This document shows positions 12,282 through 23,845 of a stretch of DNA of 64,000 nucleotides, in pieces. The stretch spans positions 7,246,989-7,310,988 of the forward strand of contig CAJINV010000005.1 of the NCBI GenBank assembly GCA_905178155.1, written 5' to 3'. A program made the position numbers and the translations under genes. Numbering within the stretch: position 1 is the stretch's first letter; the number at the start of each line of letters is the position of its first letter. The notes under the pieces are model-generated. The model was not told the origin of the DNA. It did not search any database and saw only the letters and a program-made list of their open reading frames with translations. Source of the stretch: Amoebophrya sp. A120 (taxonomy: Eukaryota > Protista > Dinoflagellata).

Positions 12282-12432
12282 ACTGCCAGTTTTGTTTTCC
12301 ATGCGGCCTTTCGCCTCGGGTGGCAAAGGCCGCATGGAATACAAAACTGGCAGTTTTGTCGAGCGGGAACTGGAACTTTGATTTCAAAGCTCCAGTTCCC
12401 GCTCGACAAAACTGCCAGTTTTGTATTCCATG
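12282..12432. repeat. Overlapping hairpin array (ACTGCCAGTTTTG / CAAAACTGGCAG)
   Basis: Two consecutive near-perfect 30-45 bp stems sharing an arm. Confidence 0.85.
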
Positions 12433-13423
12433 AGGTTTGAGTTTTCAGGCGGTTCCTTCTCGCCACCGAAATGGTGGAGAAGGAGCCGCATGGAAATTAA
12501 AAAAGCAACGGTCTGGTGCCGCCGGTCGAGGAGAATGGCGTGTAAATTCGACCCGGCGCAGGGATACAGTACCCGTTGAAGAGCAAAATCCAAAAAGAGC
12601 GTCATCATTCCACACGTTTTGCATTTCCGATCGGCCTGCCCAAGCGGGAAGCAATACTCACAAATACTCATTATTCGAAAGAATTTCATCCATGAGACGC
12701 TCCTTCTGCAATACAAACCAAGAACCTCTTCACTCATGAAAAGTCTCAAAAGCCTCCTCGTGCAATACAAATCAAGCAGTGCAGCCACGGTCGTGACTCC
12801 TTCTTCCGGCAATACAAACCAAGAAGAAACTCAGCCACGCAAAGTTCCTCCGAGAATCAATACAAATCAAGCAGCTCCTCAGCCATAACTCGTTCCGTCG
12901 GCAATGCAAACGATCGAGAAAGAAGTTCAGCCGCGAACAGTTCCGCCTGGAATCAATATAAATCAAGCTCTCAGACAGGTCTTTCGAAAGAGAGAAGGAT
13001 CGAAATCGTGGTCCGGCCGAGAAGGCGTCGCTGCGATAGAAGCAGATCTATCACCGATCCCCTTGGAAATGGAGCGAACGGCGCAGGTAGCGCATGGCAT
13101 GAGAAAGCCGACGTCGGTTCGTATGACTGGTATTGCGCGACCGTGGAAAAAAAACGCACGGACCAAGAATGATCCGCAAATGCGCATAATATGCGATCCG
13201 ATTGACATTTCATCTGCGCCGGAAATAGCAGAAGAGGCCTACGATCCGAGGAGCGAAGCGACCTGGTGCGCAACAAAGCCAAAGCGCTCTTCTCCCCTGG
13301 TAAAAAACCAGCGACGTTCATCTTCTTCATCTTCCACTGCAAAAAGCCAGACCATTCAGCTTCAGGATTTTTTCCACACCTTCCACTGCATAAAAAACAA
13401 CTTCAACTTCTATTCGCCGCAAA

Positions 13424-13729
13424 ATGTCCGACCAAGAGATGATGGAGATGGAAACGCTCATCAACGCCTCCGAAGCCGCCGGGGCGGAGGAGGAAATGAT
13501 CGAGGACGAGCTTGGGGGTTGGTTGGTCCCTACGCCGAAGACCCGCGCTGCTCCGAAGGCGAAGGCCCGCGCTGGAATCAACTTGAACCAAGCCGACTCG
13601 GCACTCTTGTCGACTTTACTCGGGCCGGAACAGGAGCAGGACCAAGAATTGACCAGCCGCGAGGAGGAGAATATCAAGTTGATGGGTTTTACTGCTGCGC
13701 GGAACGAGGAGCTGGGTACTTTTTCTTAG
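13424..13729 (+). CDS. Acidic hypothetical protein or first exon (MSDQEMMEME...)
   Basis: GC3-rich ORF with AAAATG start; possible GT donor near 13716. Confidence 0.55.
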   Translation: MSDQEMMEMETLINASEAAGAEEEMIEDELGGWLVPTPKTRAAPKAKARAGINLNQADSALLSTLLGPEQEQDQELTSREEENIKLMGFTAARNEELGTFS

Positions 13730-14222
13730 TTTTTCGTATTTTAGTTTTTGTTTTTCTAATATGCAAAAAAGTCCATTTGTTTGTGTGTTGAGTAAAGTTG
13801 AGTGAGCCTACCTCTATTGCCAATATATGTGAGTTAACAATTTGCTTTCAAGTGCGAAAGAGTCTCGGTCTGGAAGGATGCGAACTTGTGATGTGTGTCG
13901 CGGATCATGCAACAATCTGTGTTGCATGACTTGCAAAGGGTCCCCATTTCTCGCCATGTTGAGAGGGCATTTCTCATGCACAGGGGCTGCAGAAGCTGTG
14001 ACGCTAGAGCGTGCGTTCCAGACTTGCTGGAGCTTGGAAAAACTGCATGACAAATCTCGGAATCTTCCAGACAGAGACCCAGAAGCTGTTGTATTTGTCG
14101 AAAAGATTCTCAATTTGTCCAACACCAAACCCATTAAAATTTCCTAGGTTTAATTGTGGGGCAGATCGAAAACTTGTACCACTCCGAGGCAGAAGACGAG
14201 ATATGCGGAGCTACGGGAGTGA

Positions 14223-14424
14223 TACCCAGGAAAAAACACCCAATCCCGTCCATTTTTTGCATGATATTTACACCCAACCCCCAGCCTATTTACCAACTTA
14301 CAGCATTACGGCGGATCCCATGAAAACCCGTGGCCTATTTACCAACTTACAGCATTGTAGGTTGGCAAATAGGGCGGGGGTGTCATGCAAAAAATGGACG
14401 GGATTGGGTGTTTCTTCCTGGATG
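14223..14424. mobile_element. Introner-like element, family C (TATCCAGGAAAAAACACCC)
   Basis: ~50 bp terminal IR; same ends as 35245-35356. Confidence 0.75.
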
Positions 14425-14595
14425 CAGGGTTCTCAAGGTGAATGTTCTCTACAAACCACGCCGGTTTGTTGAGCAGACCGAACACACCAACGGGCCCCCC
14501 ACCAGCGTACTTCAGCTGCTGCGTTCATGTGTTTCCCCCTACTTAGGTTCTCTTTTTTCTTGCTCTGTGGGCCTGCGCCTTGCCATCTTCTGAAA

Positions 14596-17500
14596 ATGCC
14601 TCAAGTGAACAAGCATCTACCTAACAAACAGCAACGCATCCTGAAGATGGCCTTCAATATGGACCCGAACACGGTGCGGGTGACCATGATCAAGAACGGC
14701 AAATGGTCGAAAACGGCGGGGATTTTTGCTATTTACGAGCTTCTATCCTGTGCAAAAGTGCCGCACTAGTATAAATTGCGTCTCTCTCATCTCAACGTAA
14801 ATCAGCATTACAAACTCAAACTCCGTTGCGTTTATCTTTCTCAAGGTCAATCAGCATTACAAGTTCAAGTTTGTAGCTCTGGGCTAATTTGTAATGCAAT
14901 TCATTGCGTTTATGCATTACAAATCTCGCTCTCGTCATCGTAAATCACGCATTTATGAATTGCAAGTCTCTCTCTCGTCGTAAATCAGCATTACAAATTC
15001 AAATTTGTAATTCTGCGTTAATTTGTAATGCAATTTATACTAGTGCAATGGTTTTGCAGTGCATAGCTTCTGCTGCGGGGAAAACTGCGCTTCGACCAGA
15101 ATGGGGCGTTGGAAGTCGGTGAGGGAGAGAATTGCTTCAAGGAAAAGGACTACAAGAGGCTGGCGCGCGAAGGCATTTTCGTGGCCGTCGACGAGGTCGA
15201 CGACCTGATGGGCTTGATCAACAATCTGGAGAAGTTGAAGGTGTACTCCTTCGAGGCGGCCGACCTCATTTTAATCTGCAAAGGTGACGATCGATGATGA
15301 TGATGATGATGATGATGATTTTGCTACCCAGAAGGCCAACACGTCTGCTCATGCGATGACGCAAGTGGTTCCTTTTTTCGAGAGAAGACAGAAGATCGTG
15401 CTGAGGCAGTATATAATGCACTTATCTATTTGAATTCATATTTTCAGCGTGGGAAGCGATCCGGAAGAAGTGCGAGGACGGAGGGGGCTTGTACGGTGCC
15501 CAAATTGTGCTCCTCAAATTCCTGTACTTTGGATTAGTTTTTGATTTCTCTATCTGATTGTCCTCGCCCCATGTTGTTCGTCGGTGCCTTCCCTCCGAGA
15601 TGAGAGAGTTGCTAGTGCAGAACTCCACTTCAATTCGCACACAGGGACCAATACAAGGCGTTGACCAACACCGGATATGAGTTCACGACGACCACCGCCC
15701 CGCAGTACCAATCGATCGCAAACATGATCGCCCAGGTATAAGATTAGCTATTGGAGCATTGCAAACCCCTTGTAGAGTGACACTTTTGGTAAAGCGTTGG
15801 TCATCGGCCGAGCTGAAGCATGACAAAGTAGCTAAGTCTTCGCGTGACGAGTGCGCTCAGCATGACAAACGCAGTAAAGTCACCTGGTTCAGAGTGCGTT
15901 TGGAGACTCGTCATCATTTCCGCTCAGAATGCCATCTGTAAATACTCATCAGGAAGGAGACAACAAGGCCAACGGGTTTGCGGACTGGTAAGGAGGGCGC
16001 ATACTTAGAGTTTTTTTATTGGGGCCGATCGTAAGTGGCTGTTTCTGGTCGATTAAGTACTTCGTCCTGTTGCTTTCGAAAAGAGAATATCCACGCCTCT
16101 GCTCCAATCAATCGCACAGCATCCGTGCGGCCAACCGGAAGCTCGACGTGCCGACGGATTCCGTCCTGAACCAGCTGGGCTTCCTGTATCAGCTTGCGGT
16201 GGATTGTCGTCAGTCGGGGATTAAGAAGGTATTATGGACTTTCTAGGAGTTCCGAGGCCCCATGTCTGGTTTTTACAGTAGTGGCGTTCTTGAGGGCGTG
16301 TTGATGATTTTGGTTCTTGTTGTTCATCTCAAACTAACACTTTTCAACGCGCAATCAAAAACCCAACAGCGCACGCTCGACTGGTTGCTGGTCTGCCCCT
16401 GGCACCAGCACAGCCTGTACCACAAAAAGTGCCAGAAGTTCAAGCAGACCGACGCCGCAACTTACATGAAAGACCGGAACGCTTTTTTCGCGCACCAAGT
16501 CATCGGGGAGACGTTGGACGGGGCGGAGTACACCAAGGCCGTGTACAACAAGCGCTACGACGTCGGGAAGCACCTGAAGACTATGGTAGAGAAAAATGCA
16601 GGGGTGGTATATTTGTAATGCAAATACGCGAAATGCGGACGGATCTGTTATGCAACTCTGGGGCTCGACTATGTTATGCGAAAGGAAGACGGACTTGCTA
16701 TGCAAAGTGAATCATGGATCTGCCACCCGCCCGTATTTTTCCGTGTGATGATGATGCTGGAAGAAGAGCAGTGCGAGTCGTGGGATGCGCCGGTGATGAA
16801 AGACATTTTCCCCAACAAAAACGAAGACGACTACCTGCAGTTCATCTGGGCCAAATATCAGTACAACCGGGGAAAGTTCAAGACCGCGCTCATCAAGTAC
16901 TGCGAGGACAACAACTTGATAAGCAACGCAATCTTTCCGGAACGCCAGGCAAAAATGTTTCTCAAGAAGAGGGCGTCTTCCGTGGCGGATGCCTGGTTCC
17001 AGGCCCCCCCGCCGGAAGAGGAGCTGGCTCTGTTGCGGCAGCAGGATGACGATGCCGGGGACGCCGGTCCCGCGGAGGAAGATAAGGAAAGCGACAAAAC
17101 GGGGAAATTGGACCCGGCGGACTGGTATTGGGCGAACAAGTGCGCTCTTCCGCCGAAGAAGATCAAAATCGTCGACAATTTCGGCCAGGACTATGATGAC
17201 CCGGATTTTGCCGAGCCGCACCAGGACCACAACCGCAACAAAATCGATCCGCTGGTCACGCCAGATGAAACCGTACAGCTTTTTTAGAAATGAAGCGCCC
17301 GTGCCTGCTGCTACTTACCTGCTCTGCTATTTCAACAACTCTTCTAGTTTTTCACGGGCAAGAGCGCAAGTCCCAGTTTTTCCAACTAGTAAGTATTTCT
17401 CGTGCCTCCGCTGAGAATGATGTTGCGAGTCCAAAGCGAAGCCCTTGCTCTTAAAATTTAAAAACAGCCCCTGCACATCGTGGACGTCAACACGCTATGC

Positions 17501-19657
17501 ATTGCAAAAGTACCGCGCTCGTATATATGCATTACAAATTTCCTCAGCATGAGACTTTTGTAATGCTGAAGATTTGCCTCATAGTTACATTTGTAATACT
17601 GATTCTCCTTAAGACAAAGATTTGTAATGCATGATTTGCAGTGCTGATTTGTAATGCTGATTTGTAATGCAAGTGCTGATTTGTAATGCAAGTGCTGATT
17701 TGTAATGCATGGCTTGCATTCATACGAGTGCGATACTTTTGCAGGGGATACACGTTGAGCGTGCTGAACGACAGGGGCATCGGTGGGAAATTTCCCTTCA
17801 AGGTGAAATACTCCGGGGGTGCACAAGATATGGTGAAAGAGACGGCGAAGCTGATCAAGAAATACTCTGACAGCCACTTCTACATCTTCTTGGGTGGGAC
17901 GGATGAGCAGGCGCTGAAGGACTTCAAAGATGGCATGGGGGCGGCCCTCGTCCGCGAGATCGACTTGGTTCCGATCAAGACGGACGAAGAGAACAACCAA
18001 TACGCATGGCAACAGTCCGCGTAACTCATCGCGCCCGCGCAGGGGCGGAGTTTTCTGCAGAAAGGGTTCGCGCACTAGAGAACTAAAAAGGCACGCTCCT
18101 TTTTCCCTTTTGGAAATAAAGACGCAACCCCAATCCCCCGCTGCGATCCCTACTATCTAGCGTGATGATTTACTTTCTTTGTTGTGCATATCTACCACCA
18201 CGATGCGGTCTTCATCGAGAAGGCGCTGACGAATATCCCGAAGATGCCGAGGAATTTGTATTACCCCCCGATCCCGAAGGATATGGAGTTCTCAGACGTT
18301 TACTTTGGCATCTTGTTTGTAATGCAAATTTAGTCTGTCATGCAAGTCGAGTCTGCATCTTGGGCCACAGCCAACAAGTAGTCGCTTTCGCGCAGACCGG
18401 GTTTCTAAATAATGCAAAGAAAACAGACCACAGCCAGGTCCCCACTTTTATCGCTCCTCCTCTTGCGTCGCCTACTCGTGAAAGGTGCTTAGCGGCTGAG
18501 AACTCCATATAGGAATCAAGGCGCCACCATGCCGGGCCGATCGCAAACCTGCGAGCGGAAGAAGAGAAGCAGGGCTTCGTGCGGAAACAGGGCGTGAAGT
18601 CGACGTCCGTGAAGGTCGACGATGAACAGGACGGTACTTATTTATATGGAGATATAATTTCAAACTCCCCTTTGGGGTTTTGCTTTCTATATACGGGGAT
18701 CTACTCAAGCTCCATTTTGGTTTTGCATTGCAATATATGAAGTTCTACTTTTTCGCTTTGTAGTTCTCGCTCCTTTATTCTATTCGTGTTCGCCCTCACG
18801 TACATGAGTTCATGCGCTCCCGATTTGAAGGGGAGTTTTTGTAGGATTGATTGATGCAGCCTGAACCCCAAACACAGATGGCTGGAAGGCCGAAATGAAG
18901 CCGAAGCGCGTTCCGAAGGATGAGGACATTTGCTACCGGCGGCACAAGCCGGACAAATTCTGGAAGCAGGTCGCAGACCTCGCTGGGTGCACTGTCGTGG
19001 TTGGCCACTACATGGACGGCCAGCGGGCGGCCCTGTACAAAATGGACCGGAAAAAGTACTTACTTGCGTTTTGCCCTCCTCTTTTCACTGACAGTAGCTA
19101 CTTCCTTCTGTTTTTGCAGACAGACAGAGCAGTGCCATTTTTTATCAGACAGCCCGTTATTGCTTCTGCAAGAAACGCCAAATCGCTCGACATACAGGTA
19201 CTACGGCATGGCGATGACGGCGGCCCACAAAAGGTACCACCTGGGTCAGTTCAAGTTCCACTCTTTGCGGCTCGAGGTGACTGGAGACATCTTCGGGCTG
19301 CACAACCTCACCGCGCTGCAGAAAGGGTACTACGAGTACTACGAGGAGAACCCGAAGAAGAGAAACCTGTACCACATGCAAGTCGTATTCTTAGACGAGC
19401 AGTTAACGCCGGCGCAGCTGCAGCTGAAGAAACAGGGCAAGTTGGTGACTCCGGAGACCCGGCGTGCCCCCGGATCCGGTCCGTTTGACAGGCCGGGCAG
19501 CGAATTCATGCAAGCGATTCGCAACACCAAGTCGGGCCGTGAGGGTGGGATCAAGCGGAAGGCCGAGGAGGGTAGCACCGGGAAACCAAAAGCGAAGGCG
19601 AAAGCTGGGGCCAAGAAGACGACGCAGATGGATTTGTTGAGTCTGGCTGGTACTTAA
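14596..19657 (+). CDS. Multi-exon hypothetical cargo gene (one or two genes) inside the giant element
   Basis: GC3-rich exons MPQVNKHL.., LEVGEGENCF.., DQYKALTNTG.., TLDWLLVCPWH.., VMMMLEEEQ.., LSVLNDRG.., HKPDKFWKQV.., ending KKTTQMDLLSLAGT*; frames joined across introners 14744 and 17496; no family recognised. Confidence 0.65.
14744..15065. mobile_element. Introner, family B
   Basis: TATCCTGTGCAAAAG...TTTTGCAGTGCATA; GCTTC duplicated. Confidence 0.85.
17496..17750. mobile_element. Introner, family B
   Basis: TATGCATTGCAAAAGTAC...GATACTTTTGCAGGGGATA; CACG duplicated. Confidence 0.85.
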
Positions 19658-21417
19658 GCTCCTCGCATTACCTCCGAGCAGAAGCACTTCCTTGAAAAAT
19701 AAACATCGCTTTAGTGCTTTAGAGCTGAAGCTGCTCCTTATTTTGAATTTCGACTTTATAGCGACGACCTTAGGCGTCTAGAGTGACAGTGCGAACCTAG
19801 AGGCTTGCGCCCTGCGTGACAGGGCGCAGCTACTCAATGAAAACGCACACGACGCGACGCTCTTCGGTCGGTTGCTTCCATCCTTCAGCTCTTACTATGG
19901 CCCGCACAAGCCCTGGCACCCCGGAGGCTTGAGCGGTAGCGAAATTGTGCTCATTCACCCACAGAAGGGCTACAGTCGTCACTCTGACTGCGTCGCGCGT
20001 AAGTAGATAGCAGCTGCTCTGTGTTGGATTCCTCGATCGAGATTCTGCTTCTCAATATACTCACAGGTTCCCTGAGCGGTGGTGCTAATCAGCCGTCGAC
20101 GGGCCACGAAGAAGAGGAGAATCTTTTCCCGTCCCTGGGTGGGGCCTCTAGCTCCAGCAGCTTTGGCCCAAACTGACTTTATTTTTTTTATAGAAATGAG
20201 AAGACTTCCTTCGGCAAGCAACGGCTTTCAAAATTAGCTTCCCCGACTTTTTTTTACTTAGCAAGGCCAGGAAGGAAGTAAGTATCTTAGACATGGCGCG
20301 ACAAGAAAAACGAGGCAAGAACTCCTTCAGTCTTTTGTTCATAGTCGGTATGCTAATCTTCAGTCGCTGCCCAGTAGGAATCCAAACGTGAAGAAGTACG
20401 AAAGAACGCGCTTTGTTCTACAGTCTTATGATAGGCACTACATATGTACGGTCGATAATGAAGGTTCTCATCTCCATTTCTGTGAATTCCGCGCCGCGGA
20501 CTGCGCAGAAAAGTGGAGCACAAATATATAGAGTCACAAACCCAAAGTCGTTTTTTGACATGCAAAAAATCACACTTCAGTACCACACCACCACTTCTTC
20601 GCACGCTTTGTTTGGGTTTCCCTGTGCCTCGCCAGGAAAGCACAAGCAGGGCGTGGACATCTACACTGCAACGTGCTTTCTATCTCAGAAGTAATTTCAT
20701 CTAGATAAGAAATCCAGAACTCGCGCGGAATACTTAGTGGCACACAGGCGCGCTCGACATTGCCACGCCGTGATTTATCGAGCTCGCGCAGCGAATATTC
20801 GGAGCGGGACACTTCAATGGCCATTACTTTTATCAATGCTTCCACCTATAAAAAGTAAAAGACCGCGCTCGGTGGAAATTGTAACTCTACGTTGAAAATG
20901 ATTGAAGAGAGTGACTGTCTTCGCGTGAAAGATGTATTTTCAGACAGTCGAAGGTCGCCGTGTTGCAGCTTCGGAACTGCCGTGGCCTGTTCTGCCTCAC
21001 TGGCGGGCGCGAGCCTCAAGGAGCTTTCCCGCGGGCAGTCTGTGCATCCCGGGTGCCAGCACAGCCCCGCGCTTTGTGTAAGAACGAAGAGTGCGCAGCT
21101 TTAAAGCCGCGGGATCGGTTCGTTCTTTTTTTCGATGTAGGTAAAGATCATGAAGTCGTCGCGCAGGTCGTAGAGCGTCGTGGCCGATCGTCAAGCAAGT
21201 CGCGCTAAACTCGTACGCGCAAAGAAGCTCGCGCCGAAAAGTGCGAAACCTTCGCAGGCACGGATTCGCACCCAGAAGCCCCTTGCTCATCGCAACAGGC
21301 CGGCAGCGGGTCCTAGATCGTTTTCGCTGCGTTTGTGTTCTTAAGATGCGCCGCGCTGATTTTCGTCTGAACGAGAGATCGCGCAAGCCTTTGAGCGAGA
21401 AATCCTGAAGTTTTTGA

Positions 21418-21473
21418 GCGAGAAATCATGGAAGGGTGGATCCTCACAGAGTAACCGGGTCTGCCGCTTATTG
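21418..21473 (-). repeat. Inner right inverted repeat
   Basis: Pairs with 1803-1857. Confidence 0.75.
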
Positions 21474-21864
21474 CCTTACTCAAAGTAAACCCTGAACCCT
21501 TTGCGACCAGACGCCCACGCGGAGTACTCCCATGAGCTAGCTGACGGCCCCCGCTGCGTGACCGGGTCCGGAGCGTGGGCAAGAGAGGCGCTGCTCCAGT
21601 GAAGTGCAACGCCCATGACCTTTTTTTTCTTCGCTGCCCGGGTGCGCGCAGCGCGCTTCCCGGCGGCCACCACCTCCGACCGCCACGACCTACTGACCCC
21701 CGGTCACGTGGCGTCCGGCCGGCCGGACGGACGTGTCCCGCCCGGTCGCGTCTTGGCTCCTTGTTACCTTGCAATAATTTTTAGGGCAGGGGACCTAAGG
21801 CCCACCCAGCTGGGTGGGTCGAAGGTCCCCTGAGGACCTAAGCGGACATTTTGTGGCCCTCTTC

Positions 21865-21920
21865 TAATTCAAATACAAATTCTTCATCTTCACCCACACC
21901 TTCGTGCTTTAGTTTCTGAA
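21865..21920. repeat. ~50 bp junction motif, copy 3
   Basis: Begins at the TAA directly after the outer TIR. Confidence 0.9.
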
Positions 21921-22536
21921 ACTAAACTCAGCCCATGCGGCCAAAGAAGTTGCGGCGCAGCCGCTGTTCGCGTAAATATTCGCCGTAGAGCCGCCCCCCA
22001 CCTCTCGCACTGCCCGACGGAATTCGGGCGATCTTGGGCTGAGTTTTTGTCTATTCATGTTTGAGGCCAATAGGCGGCTTTTGTGCTTGTGACACATTTT
22101 CGCTGCGTGTTTTGCCGGCCTCTTTCCTATTCTGGAGTGCTCTTCTCGTCGCGCGCTCCCTATGGCAGGCAGAGGCGACGGCCCCGACGGGATTCCATCT
22201 GTCTCCCGATATTGATCTAGGGCGAAAAGTGTGGTGGGGTTGTCGGTTTTTGTGGTTAGTCCTGGCTAGCGGTCCCCAATCCTACCAGGGTGACACTCTT
22301 GGGCTCTTTCCGCAGCAGATGAGAGGAGACTTCATGTGGGCAGAGGCAAAGGCTTGGGCGAGAATTGGGATAGGATTTTGCGTGAGTTGAAAAGAAGTTA
22401 GAAATGAGTTGGGAAAGAGTTGAAAATAAGTTAGAAATGAGTTGGGAAGGAGTTGGAAATGAGTTAGACGTACTTAGTATCCACGTTTTGAACTCTTTCC
22501 TAACTCCTTTCCAACCCTTTCCCAACTCCTTTTTGA

Positions 22537-22736
22537 AATTCAAAAGGAGGGTTGGGATTTTGCATGAATTCAAAAGGAGGGTTGGGATTTTGCATGAATT
22601 CAAAAGGAGGGTTGGGATTTTGCATGAATTCAAAAGGAGGGTTGGGATTTTGGGCAAATTCAAAAGGAGGGTTGGGATTTAGGACGAATTCAAAACGTGG
22701 GCTGGGAATTTGGGTGAATTCAGAATGAGGGTTGGA
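22537..22736. repeat. 30 bp minisatellite (AATTCAAAAGGAGGGTTGGGATTTTGCATG), 5 good and 2 degenerate copies
   Basis: Head-to-tail copies with no spacers. Confidence 0.95.
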
Positions 22737-23670
22737 CAGGCCCGCCCTGGCAAGCGGATCTGGCCTGCAAAATTGGCGGGCGCGCCTTCGGCGCGCGGAG
22801 GAGTTCGTCTTTGTTCCTCTTTCGTTTTGCTCCGGGAGATGACTTGTCGCGCCGGCTTTCGGAACTCTCGATCTGGGACCTTTCGGTGAGGGCAATTTTT
22901 TGGGGCGGAGACTCTGCCTCGCGTCGTGTTCGACATGTCGCGTAGTCTGTGGAAAGGAATACTGGGCGAAGCCGCAGGAGTTTTTTTCTCCTCGAGCAGA
23001 ATATCGATGCTACCCACGCGCCCAGGTGTGCGCCTCCTTTGTGTTTTTCCCCGGTGTGGATCGGGCCTTCCATTTTTTTTTTGATGTGGCAACGGCGCAG
23101 AAATGACTGTCCCCGAAAATTGCGCGGGAGCTCGCTTTTTCCGCGCTTTAATACATCTTTTCCGGACCCCACATTTCCAAAATTGAAGACTTTTGAATTC
23201 GTTTTGAATTAGTTTTGAAAGCAAATTAATGCTCGGGCGCTTCTTGATTAAGTAATTCAAAATCAAATACAAATTCTTCATCGTCAACGTTGCACTTGTA
23301 TCTCCAACCGTCGATGAGCAGCGTGGAGAACATGTTGGCCGCAGGAGCAGCAATTCCTGCACCGTTGGCCGCATGCATACGGGAAGATATCCGCAGCAAA
23401 TTTCATGCCTGGTTGGTGAGAGAACGCGTTGGCTCCTGCTCTGTGAATTATCATTCATCGAGCTACTAGACTTATCCTTGTTGGCGTTCAAGATAGGAAG
23501 AATAATAGGTGAACTAGTAGAACTCTAAAGAAGTTTAAGTTGCTGTAAATTACAGCTGTAGTGAGATGGAACAATGACATCAAGAAAATATTATCCATTG
23601 TGCTCTAAATCTACGTACAACAGCACTCTCTGCGCCGACCACGTGTACAAATTTGCGATGCATAGCTCAT

Positions 23671-23801
23671 TAGGAAATGCAAAAGCATCGCACTCGTATA
23701 AATGCATTACAAATTTCCTCAGCATGAGAAAACCAATTTGTAATGCGGATTTGACTTAACAAAAAGATTTGTAATGCATGATTGCACTACGAATACGATA
23801 C
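23671..23801. mobile_element. Truncated introner, family B
   Basis: TGCAAAAGCATCGCACTCGTAT start; right end stops at ...ACGATAC, where the junction motif begins. Confidence 0.75.
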
Positions 23802-23845
23802 AAATTCTTCATCTTCACCCACACCTTCGTGCTTTAGTTTCTGAA
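23798..23845. repeat. ~50 bp junction motif, copy 5
   Basis: Identical core to 21865-21920. Confidence 0.9.

Larger units (their letters stand above)
1341..21864. mobile_element. Putative giant (~20 kb) DNA transposon or composite element, left outer terminus missing
   Basis: 1341-1792 aligns with 42038-42423 and 21485-21864 aligns with 42430-42813 (right TIR followed by TAA). An inner imperfect IR pair lies at 1803-1857 and 21418-21473. A DDE_1-type transposase gene lies inside. Confidence 0.7.

Noticed and set aside
22537-22736. 30 bp repeats as a CRISPR array
   Set aside because: The units are head-to-tail with no unique spacers, there are no cas genes, and the context is eukaryotic.
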